Shown piece after piece: positions 56,112-64,000 of a stretch of DNA of 64,000 nt. The position numbers and the translations under genes are program-made. Every line of letters begins with the position of its first letter. Position 1 is the stretch's first letter. The stretch spans positions 36,807-100,806 of the forward strand of contig JAJYEA010000002.1 of assembly GCA_021790425.1 (NCBI GenBank). Reading direction: 5' to 3'. Under the pieces are notes generated by a model. The model saw only the letters and a list, made by a program, of their open reading frames with translations, was not told the origin of the DNA and ran no database searches. The DNA is from Thermoplasmata archaeon. GTDB lineage: Archaea; Thermoplasmatota; Thermoplasmata; Lutacidiplasmatales; UBA184.

Positions 56112-57536
56112 ATGTATTCCTACGCGAACAAGAGGATCAAGATCGACGAAGAGTCACCGCGCATCCGGACGGGGGACTTCGGAGAGATCCTGCATTCCTA
56201 CACCCCTGAACAGGCGATCCTCGAGGCCAAGCGATGCAATCAGTGCCTCATCCCGTTCTGCGCCGAGGCCTGTCCGATCGCCCAGGACGCCCGGGGGTAC
56301 GTGGGGTTGATCTCGGAGGGCAAGTTCGACGAGGCCGCCCAGATGATCCTGCAGGCGAACCCGCTCGCCACCAGCCTCTGCAAGTCCTGCTACCACTACT
56401 GTGAGACCGCCTGCATCCGCGGCAACCGCGCCCTTCCGGTGGCCATCCGCCACCTGAAGCGCTCCGCGCTGGAGTACGGTCGATCGGACCTTTCCTACGC
56501 GCCGCAGGCCCCGCTCCACCTCAAGATCGCGGTCATCGGAGGGGGCCCCGCGGGCATCATGGCGGCCTGGGAACTGGGCATCCGCGGCTACACGGTGACG
56601 GTCTTCGAGCAGGATGAGCTCCTCGGTGGCCAGATGGGAGCCATCCCGCGCTACCGCCTCGACGGGTCCGAGCTCGACACCGACGTCGCCCGCCTGCGCA
56701 ACCTCGACGTGACCTTCCTGCGGGGACAGAAATCGGGGGTCGACTTCACCCCCGAAACGCTGCTCCAGGATGGCTACGAGGCCGTCTACGTGGCCATCGG
56801 GACGAGCGCCCACCGCGACCTCAAGGTCCCGGGGGAGGAGCTCCCGGGGGTCTATCCCGCTCTCGAGTTCCTCAAGGACACCAACCGCGGGCTCAACGTA
56901 CCGGTGGGCAAGCGGGTGGTGGTCATCGGCGGAGGTGACGTTGCGATGGATGCGGCGCGGACCGCCAAGCGGCTCACGCAAGGCGGCGAGGTGATCGTCG
57001 CGTACCGGCGGAGCCGCGAGGAGATGCCGGCCGAGAAGGAGGAGGTTCACGAGACGGAGACGGAGGAGGTCCCCTTCCTCTTCCTCCACGCCCCCCTCCG
57101 GATCATCGGGAAGGGCCATGTCGAGGGGATCGTCATGCAGAAGCTCAAGCTGGGTCCGCCGGACGCTTCCGGCCGCCGGGCCCCCGTGCCCATCCCGGGC
57201 TCGGAGGTCACCATCGCCTGCGACGCGGTCATCTCCTCGGTCGGGCAGATCCCGGACCTCGCCGGGTTCTCCAAGAAGTTCGATTTCACGGTCGGTTCCC
57301 AGGGTGCGCCCGAGGGAAAGGGAACCGGATTCGCGACCGGGGTCGAGGGAGTCTTCGCCTCCGGAGGCAAGTCGATCGTGTTCGCCATGGCCGCGGCGAG
57401 CCGCGCCGCGGAGCAGATCGACCTCTACGTGAGCCAGAAGCATGGCCTCAGCCCCCACCCACGCCCGGACCCCTTCGGGGGCCCCCAGCCGGTGCCCCGT
57501 CCCTCGGGCTTCGAGGGCGCGAGCTGGCACTTCTAG
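56112..57536 (+). CDS. Glutamate synthase small-subunit-like / PreT-like FAD-NAD(P)H oxidoreductase with N-terminal [4Fe-4S]-binding domain
   Basis: N-terminal Cys clusters (CNQC...C...C, CKSCYHYCETAC). Two dinucleotide folds IAVIGGGPAG and VVVIGGGDVAMD. Start trimmed to MYSYANK. Confidence 0.75.
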   Translation: MYSYANKRIKIDEESPRIRTGDFGEILHSYTPEQAILEAKRCNQCLIPFCAEACPIAQDARGYVGLISEGKFDEAAQMILQANPLATSLCKSCYHYCETACIRGNRALPVAIRHLKRSALEYGRSDLSYAPQAPLHLKIAVIGGGPAGIMAAWELGIRGYTVTVFEQDELLGGQMGAIPRYRLDGSELDTDVARLRNLDVTFLRGQKSGVDFTPETLLQDGYEAVYVAIGTSAHRDLKVPGEELPGVYPALEFLKDTNRGLNVPVGKRVVVIGGGDVAMDAARTAKRLTQGGEVIVAYRRSREEMPAEKEEVHETETEEVPFLFLHAPLRIIGKGHVEGIVMQKLKLGPPDASGRRAPVPIPGSEVTIACDAVISSVGQIPDLAGFSKKFDFTVGSQGAPEGKGTGFATGVEGVFASGGKSIVFAMAAASRAAEQIDLYVSQKHGLSPHPRPDPFGGPQPVPRPSGFEGASWHF

Positions 57537-57560
57537 GCGCCCTTCCCCGAAGGAGGTCGC

Positions 57561-58886
57561 TCAGCCCTCGAGCTGCGCGAGTGCGGCGTCCAGGACCGCG
57601 ATCCCGCGGTCGATCTCTTCCCGGGTGACGATCAGCGGGGGGGCGATGACGAGGTGGCTCACCCACCCCATCACGTAGATCCCGCGCTCGAGTGCGAAAC
57701 GGGTGATGTTGTCGATCGCGAGGGGTCGGCCCCGGAACTTGTCCTCCTCGGTGTTGAGCGGCTCGCGGGTGGTCCGGTCGCGGACGAGCTCGAGGGCCCA
57801 GAAGAGTCCCATCCCGCGGACCTCGCCCACGGAGGGATGCTTCGCTTGGAGGTCGCGGAGCTTCTGCCCAAGATACTCTCCCATCTCCCGGGACCTCTTC
57901 ATCAGATCCAGCCGCCGGTACTCGGCGACCGCGGCGGGGACGGCCGCCAGGCTCACGGGGTGGGCCTCGTAGGTGTGGCCGTGGGGGAAGTAGTGCTCCT
58001 CGAAGTGCTCCGCGATGGCCCGGCTGGTGGCCGTGATGCCCAGGGGGGTGTAGGCGGCGGTCGAGCCCTTGGCGGTGGTCAGTATGTCCGGCACGACGCC
58101 CCAGTGATTGGCGGCGAACCACTCCCCCGTGCGCCCCCAGCCCGTCATGACCTCGTCGAGGATCAGGAGCACGCCGTGCTTCGCGGTCACTTCGCGCAAC
58201 CGGGGCAGGTAGCCGTCGGGCGGCACGATCACGCCGTTGGTGCCGACGATGGGCTCGACGATCACCGCCGCGACGTCCGACTCGTGCGCGATCATGTACT
58301 CGATGTAGTCGGCGCAGGCGAGGTCGCAGGCGGGATAGGTCTGCTTGAGGGGACAGCGATAGCAATAGGCGTCAGGCGCGAAGATGACCCCCTCCGCCTT
58401 GCTGGAACCCTCGGCGGGCCAGCGCCGGAAATCCCCCGTGGCGGCGATCGAGCCCGCGGTGGACCCGTGGTAGCTCCGATACCGGGAGATGATCTTGCGC
58501 TTTCCCGTGTACGCCCGTGCAATCTTGAAGGCGGCCTCGTTCGCCTCCGTCCCCGAAGTGGAGTAGAAGAACTTGTCCAGCCCGGGTGGCATCACCCCGA
58601 GCAGGGCCCGTGTCGCCTCGGCCCGGACGGCCAGGGTGAACGACGGGTTCAGGTAGGGGAGGCGTCGGACCTGCTCTGCAACGGCGTCCGCCACCGCCCG
58701 GTTGCTGTGGCCGAGGTTGGAACAGACGAGCTGAGAGGAGAAATCGAGATAGTCTTTCCCCGCGGCATCGGTGAAGGTGCATCCCTCGGCCCGGACGATC
58801 TCGAGCGGGGTCCAGCCCTTCTGTTTGCGCCAGGTGCCGTAGGTGTTCTTGCGGGTGATCTCAACAGTGTCGTTTGCGGGGTTCAT
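57561..58886 (-). CDS. Class III (omega/acetylornithine-type) PLP-dependent aminotransferase
   Basis: ...GSTAGS..., DEVMTGWGRTGEWFA (PLP-Lys region ...TTAKG...), ...YSTSGTEANEAA.... The start ATG at 58886 overlaps the upstream small ORF stop (ATGA). Confidence 0.85.
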   Translation of the reverse strand: MNPANDTVEITRKNTYGTWRKQKGWTPLEIVRAEGCTFTDAAGKDYLDFSSQLVCSNLGHSNRAVADAVAEQVRRLPYLNPSFTLAVRAEATRALLGVMPPGLDKFFYSTSGTEANEAAFKIARAYTGKRKIISRYRSYHGSTAGSIAATGDFRRWPAEGSSKAEGVIFAPDAYCYRCPLKQTYPACDLACADYIEYMIAHESDVAAVIVEPIVGTNGVIVPPDGYLPRLREVTAKHGVLLILDEVMTGWGRTGEWFAANHWGVVPDILTTAKGSTAAYTPLGITATSRAIAEHFEEHYFPHGHTYEAHPVSLAAVPAAVAEYRRLDLMKRSREMGEYLGQKLRDLQAKHPSVGEVRGMGLFWALELVRDRTTREPLNTEEDKFRGRPLAIDNITRFALERGIYVMGWVSHLVIAPPLIVTREEIDRGIAVLDAALAQLEG

Positions 58887-59197
58887 GGCTGCCCGCGCCC
58901 GACACCTCCTTTGACTATGACCATTTCGAAGTGACCATCCTCGCGGACGTCCGAGTCGATGCGGTGTCCCCTGCGCTCCGCCCAGGCCCGGACATCGATA
59001 CGGCTGGGGACGTCCGCCACCCAGGCCCGGACACGAGACCCGTTCGGCATGGGCCCCAGGACGGTCTCGAGAACTGCCAAGACCCCCTTGCACTCCTTCT
59101 TCGTGCCGTCGATCAGGCGGAGGGGTGCTTCGCCCGCACCCTCGGCGGGCCCCGGTTCACGCAGCTTTGGCGGTTCCGCGGGCCTTCGAGAAGACAT
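58883..59197 (-). CDS. TusA-like (SirA/YedF fold) small protein with a variant Cys motif. Start uncertain.
   Basis: ...PLRLIDGTKKECKGVLAVLETVLGPMPNGSRVRAWVADVPSRIDVRAWAERRGHRIDSDVREDGHFEMVIVKGG closely parallels E. coli TusA (...LRCPEPV...[45 protein letters not shown]). The stop overlaps the aminotransferase ATG. A start at ATG 59197 would overlap the mfnB 3-prime end by 41 nt; the longer start at 59308 is also open. Confidence 0.4.
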   Translation of the reverse strand: MSSRRPAEPPKLREPGPAEGAGEAPLRLIDGTKKECKGVLAVLETVLGPMPNGSRVRAWVADVPSRIDVRAWAERRGHRIDSDVREDGHFEMVIVKGGVGRGQP

Positions 59198-59918
59198 CGA
59201 TCTCTCCGCTGAGGCGTTGCTCGAGGGCCTGCTTGATCCGCTCGACCGCGGGCGCTGCCACCTTGCCGCCGTACCGGTCCCCGTTGGTGCAGACCGCACC
59301 GCGGACACCGACGATATCCGGGTTGATGCGGGCCAGGGCGTCCATGTCGGACATCTTGAGATGGCCGGAGAGGGCGGTGCTCATGCCCGCCTCCTTGCCT
59401 TCCAGCACGAGGGACTTCAGGGTGGGCTCGTCGATGAAATCGAACAGGTTCCGTCCGTCCTTCGTGAGGGTGTCGATGAGGACGCCGTCGCTCTTGCTCT
59501 CCTTCCCGAGCTTGATCACGAGCTTCGGGTCGATGCCGCCGGGGAAGAGGACGCTGTCCGCGAACGTGGCCGCGATGAGCTTGGTCTGCGAGCCTTCGAG
59601 TGCCCGCCGGCTCTCCTTGAGGATGTCGAGCGCCATCCGGTAGTCCGACTGCACGAAGCCCACCTTGACGGAGGTCGCCTTCAGCATGGCGGCTCCGTAG
59701 ACGGCCATCGCCACGGTGCCCGGCTGGTTCGGAACGACACCCAGCGTCACGCTGACATGGATCTTCTTAGGGAATGCCTTGCGGACCTCACGAACGACCG
59801 GGGGAAAGTTCGACCCCACGAGCGCTTCCTGCAGGTTTTTGACATCGACAATGTCCGCACGCCCCTTGACGGCTTCTCGGGCCTCGGCCAGCTCCTGGAC
59901 GCTCACCATCAGCATCAT
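59157..59918 (-). CDS. mfnB: (5-formylfuran-3-yl)methyl phosphate synthase MfnB (DUF556; 4-HFC-P synthase of methanofuran biosynthesis)
   Basis: The catalytic residues known from MfnB align exactly: ADIVDVKNL (Asp25, Lys27), TSVKVGF (Schiff-base Lys85), and NPDIVGVRGAVC near the C-terminus. Confidence 0.8.
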   Translation of the reverse strand: MMLMVSVQELAEAREAVKGRADIVDVKNLQEALVGSNFPPVVREVRKAFPKKIHVSVTLGVVPNQPGTVAMAVYGAAMLKATSVKVGFVQSDYRMALDILKESRRALEGSQTKLIAATFADSVLFPGGIDPKLVIKLGKESKSDGVLIDTLTKDGRNLFDFIDEPTLKSLVLEGKEAGMSTALSGHLKMSDMDALARINPDIVGVRGAVCTNGDRYGGKVAAPAVERIKQALEQRLSGEIDVFSKARGTAKAA

Positions 59919-60072
59919 ACCCGGCGACCTTGGGAGTTCACGGTAGCTTATCTGTATAAAGCTTTGGGAGACCGTGCCTCTTCACCCTGAAAACGGTGGG
60001 CAAAACCGCGTGCGGGAGAAGCCCTCCGGGCGGTCATTTTCGCACAGCGTTTCCCCCTCGGATGGGGACGAA

Positions 60073-60095
60073 GACGCCCGATGCGGACGGGCGTC
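60073..60095. other. Perfect 8-bp inverted repeat (gacgcccg-atgcgga-cgggcgtc) just 3-prime of the FtsX permease gene
   Basis: Hairpin-capable. No T-tract. Confidence 0.2.
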
Positions 60096-60128
60096 TTGCT
60101 TCGCCCTCGGTGCGCATCCGGGATCCGT

Positions 60129-63100
60129 CTACTCGGAGTAGCGGAGGGCCTCGGCCGGAGGGAAACGGGAGGCGCGGTAGGAGGGACCCCCCGTCGCGAC
60201 CAGCGTGAGCGCGTAGCTGAGTCCCACGATCAGCGCGAGGTTCTCCCAGGGGATGGCGAACGTGAAGAAGCCCCCGGCGACCTGGGAGATGTCGTAGGAG
60301 AGCAAGAGGCCGAGGAGCACGCCGATACCGATCCCAAGGAGCGCGAGGAAACTGTACTCCATCAGGAAAGCGGCCAGGACCTGGCTCCGCCGGAAACCCA
60401 TGGCCCGGATCATCCCGATCTCGCTCCGACGTTCGACGATCGCCCGCAGGGAGAGGATCCCGATCGCCGCGATCCCCACGATGAGCCCCAGGGCCACGAA
60501 GATCTCCAGGAGGTCGAGGAAGGCAAGGAGGAACTGGAGACCCGAGCTGAAGACCTGCTGGAAGTCGAGGAGCTGCAGCCCGTAGGGATAGAAGGCCCGC
60601 TTGAGGTCGTAGATCACCTGCTGCGGATTCGCGCTGGACTTCGCGGTGATGAGAAAGAGGGAGTCCTGGGTCGAGTGGAGGGTGGAGGTCATGGTGGTGG
60701 GATTGAGCAGGATGACGGAGAGGACCGTCTCGGCGAGAACTCCGATGACCTGCACGCTGGCCGTCGCATTCCGCACGCCCAGCACGGAAATGTTCAGGGT
60801 GTCCCCGGGGGTGATCGCGGAGTGCTGCGGTCCGAAGCTGAATCCCGAGGCCCCGTAGTCCCCGGAAACCACCGCCACGCCCGGGTCGGTCTCGAGCTTC
60901 TGCCAGATCTCACCGGCGGACATCCCGTCGAGCGTCGCGCTGAAGTTGTAGTGGTTCGAGGTGTAGAAGTCCTCGTTCGCGGGGACCCCGGAGGGGGCGG
61001 CCGCGATCTTGGATTGGAAGTAGCTCGGTCCTCCCGGGGACCCGACGGAGATGGAGGCCAACGCGGAGGCGAAGGGGACGGCGGTCTCGATCTCGGAGGA
61101 TAGGGTGGAGTTGTTCTGGATGTCCCCCATGAAATCCGGGATCGGCGTGGAGGTGGTCCCCGCCATGGTGTACCCTCCCGACTGGGAAGTGACCTGGCTG
61201 TTGACGTTCACCGCGATCCCGTTGCCGATCGAGGCGATCACGACGATGGTGAAGAGGACCATCGCGAAGATCGAGAGCGTCATCGCCGTCCGGAAGGGCT
61301 TGTGCGCAGGGTAGGAGAAGGCGACCATCACCACCGGGACGCGCTTGGGTCGCCGGCCGAGGATGCGGCTCAGGGCGCGCATCACGAGATCCGCGTTGAA
61401 CAGGTAGACCAGGATGGCCCCGAGGATGAGGAAGATGCCCTCGAGGAAGAGGATGAAGATGGACCCCGGGTGGTCGGTGCCGAAGAGCCAGTTGCGGAGG
61501 GAGAGATCCCCCCAGAAGAGCAGGAACGCGGCCCCCACCGCCGTCAGCGCGTATCGGCTCCGAACGAACGCGGTGGCGATCAGGCCGGCCCCGAGGATGA
61601 CGAACGAGGACCCGACGAGCACCACCGAGATGTCCACGGAATCGGGGAGCCCGAGCCGGACCAAGAGCAGCCCGAGGAGTACCACGCCCGCCCCGAAGAG
61701 GGCGATCTTGCGGTACGACTTCCGAGTGAGCGGGGGCTCCGGGAGGCTCCGGATGGCCCGGACGATGTTCAACCGGGAAACGTAGGTCACCGTCGCGATC
61801 ACCGTGGCGAGCGTCAGCAGGAACCCCGTGATGTACGCGGTCAGGAGGGACGACGGGAGCACGGTGAACGAGTCGTACACGGCCTGGGAGGAAGCCCCCG
61901 GGGCGACCGTGCTCACCAGTACTTCCACCAAGAGGAAGGCCATCCCCACCCCGATGAAGGTCCCAAGGAGCGCGGACCCCATCGAGTAGGCGAGGCCCTC
62001 GAAGTAGTAGGACTTGAGGAGCTGGCGGCGGGTCATGCCGATCGCCCGTGCCACCCCCATCTGCCCGCGCCGCTCCTCCGAGAGGAGGACGAAGATGCCG
62101 ACCACGAGAATGCTCCCCGAGACGATGGAGAAGAGCCCGATCACGAGGAAGAGCGTCGTGAGTTGCGAGGAGGTCTTCGCGGCCGAGCTCACGTCCGCGC
62201 CCAGGACGTCGTGGGCGGTGATGCCGGCGGGAAGCATCCCGGCCGGGAAGGAATCGAGGATCCCGGGCAGGCTCTCATTGATCTCCTTCCAGACCTCGGA
62301 GGTGTGCGCGATTCCGCCGCTCGCCCCGCCCACGTTGGTCACGGCGACGTAGTTGATCGCGCCGGGCGTGCCGAGGAGGAACTGGGCGTTGGCAATCGTC
62401 ACGAAGACATTGCCCTGCCCGTTGTCCTGGAAGCCGCCGCGGCCGTCGGCTTGGACGATCCCGAGGACGGTGACGTTGAGGCTCCGCTCGTTCGGCCCGG
62501 TGAGCGTGAGGTGGTCCCCGGTGTGCGCGTCGAGTTCCTGCGCGGACGTGGGATTGAGGAGTACCTTGCCGGCCAGGGGGCCCGGGAGGCTCTTCCCTCC
62601 CGTGGTGGTGAACGGACCGAGCGCCAGGCTCGCGTTCGCATCGGTCCCCACCAGGTTCATCCCCGTTTGGGGGACACCGCTCTCCCGATCCATGCCGGCG
62701 GCCGCACCGGCCGCCAACAAGAGCGGACTCACCCCTTGGACGCCGGGCTGGCCCGTGAGCGAACGGTTGATGTCGGAGTACAGCGAGTAGGGGAACGGGG
62801 AGTACCCCTGGATCCCCTGGGCATAGATCGCCTCGTGGACGTTCCCATCCGAGATGTAAGCGAAGTGGGTCACGAGCGTCCCGACGGTATCCCCCACCAC
62901 CAGACTCGAGGAGATGATCGCGGTGCCCACGAGCAGGCCCAAGAGCAGCACCATCGTGCGCCGCCGCCCGCGCACGAAGTTCCGGAACCCGATCTTCATC
63001 GTGACCGGGTCCCTCCAGGCGAGGAAGAGCGAGCCGACCAGGACCGCGATCAGGAGGAGGATCAGGAGCCCTGTGGGGCTCGAGAGGAGCGACCCAAGCC

Positions 63101-63191
63101 CGTGGAGATCGAAACCGAAGCCCGCGCGCTTCCCCGCACCCGTCAGGGAGAGATCCACGTCCCATCCCTCATCTTGAGCACCCGGTCGCAT
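60129..63191 (-). CDS. ABC transporter permease with two FtsX-like (MacB-type) modules and large extracytoplasmic domains (1020 aa)
   Basis: Two 4-TM FtsX modules separated by long soluble regions. 49-nt overlap with the upstream ATPase gene. Confidence 0.75.
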   Translation of the reverse strand: MRPGAQDEGWDVDLSLTGAGKRAGFGFDLHGLGSLLSSPTGLLILLLIAVLVGSLFLAWRDPVTMKIGFRNFVRGRRRTMVLLLGLLVGTAIISSSLVVGDTVGTLVTHFAYISDGNVHEAIYAQGIQGYSPFPYSLYSDINRSLTGQPGVQGVSPLLLAAGAAAGMDRESGVPQTGMNLVGTDANASLALGPFTTTGGKSLPGPLAGKVLLNPTSAQELDAHTGDHLTLTGPNERSLNVTVLGIVQADGRGGFQDNGQGNVFVTIANAQFLLGTPGAINYVAVTNVGGASGGIAHTSEVWKEINESLPGILDSFPAGMLPAGITAHDVLGADVSSAAKTSSQLTTLFLVIGLFSIVSGSILVVGIFVLLSEERRGQMGVARAIGMTRRQLLKSYYFEGLAYSMGSALLGTFIGVGMAFLLVEVLVSTVAPGASSQAVYDSFTVLPSSLLTAYITGFLLTLATVIATVTYVSRLNIVRAIRSLPEPPLTRKSYRKIALFGAGVVLLGLLLVRLGLPDSVDISVVLVGSSFVILGAGLIATAFVRSRYALTAVGAAFLLFWGDLSLRNWLFGTDHPGSIFILFLEGIFLILGAILVYLFNADLVMRALSRILGRRPKRVPVVMVAFSYPAHKPFRTAMTLSIFAMVLFTIVVIASIGNGIAVNVNSQVTSQSGGYTMAGTTSTPIPDFMGDIQNNSTLSSEIETAVPFASALASISVGSPGGPSYFQSKIAAAPSGVPANEDFYTSNHYNFSATLDGMSAGEIWQKLETDPGVAVVSGDYGASGFSFGPQHSAITPGDTLNISVLGVRNATASVQVIGVLAETVLSVILLNPTTMTSTLHSTQDSLFLITAKSSANPQQVIYDLKRAFYPYGLQLLDFQQVFSSGLQFLLAFLDLLEIFVALGLIVGIAAIGILSLRAIVERRSEIGMIRAMGFRRSQVLAAFLMEYSFLALLGIGIGVLLGLLLSYDISQVAGGFFTFAIPWENLALIVGLSYALTLVATGGPSYRASRFPPAEALRYSE

Positions 63192-63847
63192 GAGCGGGAG
63201 ACCTCCGCGTCGTGCGTCACGACGATGAAGGTCTGATGGTGCTTCTCATTCAGCGAGCGGAGGAGGTCCATCACCTGCTTGGAGTTCTCCGCATCGAGAT
63301 TGCCGGTGGGCTCGTCGGCCCAGACGATCGCGGGCTCGCTCACGAGCGCCCGGGCGAGCGTGACCCGCTGCTGTTGGCCCCCGGAGAGCGCCAACGGGCG
63401 GAACCCTTCCTTTCCCCGAAGGCCGAGCTCCTCCAGCCAGTGCATGGCGCTCTCTCGCGCCTGCTTGGGGGGGATGCCCGACACTAGGAGCGGCAGTTCC
63501 ACGTTCTCCACCGCGCTCAGGACGGGTAGGAGGTTGTACGACTGGAAGACGAATCCCATCCGCCGCGCTCGGTACTCGCTCTTCTTGTTGTCCGACATGG
63601 CGTGGATGTCGGTGCCTTCCACGGTCACCGTTCCCTTGGTGACGTCGTCCAGCCCGGAGAAGCAGTTGAGGAAGGTCGTCTTGCCGCAGCCGGAGGGTCC
63701 CATGATGGCCACCATCTCCCCCTCGCGAATCTCGACATCGATTCCCCGGAGGGCCTCGACCGGCCCTGCCTCGGACTCGTAGATCTTCCAGACATCCGTG
63801 CCTTGGACGATGACTTCCCCGGGCATGTGGTGAGATGGCAAGGGCAT
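63143..63847 (-). CDS. ABC transporter ATP-binding protein (MacB/LolD-type)
   Basis: GPSGCGKTT (Walker A), [15 protein letters not shown] (signature), [11 protein letters not shown] (Walker B), VTHD (H-loop). Confidence 0.85.
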   Translation of the reverse strand: MPLPSHHMPGEVIVQGTDVWKIYESEAGPVEALRGIDVEIREGEMVAIMGPSGCGKTTFLNCFSGLDDVTKGTVTVEGTDIHAMSDNKKSEYRARRMGFVFQSYNLLPVLSAVENVELPLLVSGIPPKQARESAMHWLEELGLRGKEGFRPLALSGGQQQRVTLARALVSEPAIVWADEPTGNLDAENSKQVMDLLRSLNEKHHQTFIVVTHDAEVSRSCDRVLKMRDGTWISP

Positions 63848-64000
63848 TTCGGGCGGCTACTTGAGTTGCATGGAAGGCGTGGCGGTACTCTTGGGGGTGC
63901 ACCGAGGGCGGCCGGCGAACTTATCGCGCCGGGCCCTTGGCAAGGGGCGTGAAGCGGCCGACCCCATCCCCCAGCGCTCCGCGGACCCCGCCGCTGGTCC

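Noticed and set aside
55784-56113. 109-aa minus-strand ORF in the long intergenic region
   Set aside because: R/P/S/G-rich composition and no motif. More likely non-coding (see the possible-ncRNA finding).
58883-59308. Full 141-aa version of the TusA-like ORF starting at ATG 59308
   Set aside because: It would overlap the mfnB 3-prime end by 150 nt in another frame, and the extension is S/R/P-rich. The internal ATG at 59197 keeps the whole TusA-like domain with only a 41-nt overlap. The start remains uncertain.
1-64000. Mobile elements, integrases, prophage or plasmid genes, toxin-antitoxin pairs
   Set aside because: No transposase or integrase motifs (DDE, Tyr or Ser recombinase), no terminal inverted repeats flanking a gene block, and no obvious shift in composition. 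The window looks like native chromosome with accessory islands, not a mobile insertion.

Overview
Very GC-rich archaeal chromosomal window. No rRNA, tRNA, CRISPR array or transposase/integrase was recognised. The six-frame track is full of long GC-driven spurious ORFs, so true genes were picked by recognisable protein motifs and start codons were trimmed by hand. GTG starts and ATGA/GTGA stop-start overlaps are frequent.

Gene content is euryarchaeal-type core machinery interleaved with accessory genes:
- Core: Cdc48 AAA ATPase, Topo VI B/A, NOG1 GTPase, NFACT/Rqc2 homolog, the exosome block rrp4-rrp41-rrp42-rpl37ae-rpoP, Gins51-RNase Z, L15e, and an archaeal-type ThrRS with fused editing domain.
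- Accessory: GNAT fused to ADP-forming acyl-CoA synthetase, two ABC systems, many SAM methyltransferases, MBL hydrolases, a DUF62 SAM hydrolase, HutI, and M20/M29 peptidases.
- Two very large secreted repeat proteins: one has a BNR/sialidase-like propeller plus six Ig-like repeats; the other has nine 80-aa sequon-rich repeats.

Most interesting candidates:
- A DNA methyltransferase translationally coupled (GTGA) to a CxxCxxCC (YkgJ/FliB-family) protein with an unknown C-terminal domain.
- An MfnB (4-HFC-P synthase) / TusA-like / class III aminotransferase cluster.
- A zinc-ribbon protein GTGA-coupled to top6A.
- A Pho84-type MFS fused to DUF47.
- A BioB-like radical SAM protein with CX5CX2C (HcgA-like) spacing.
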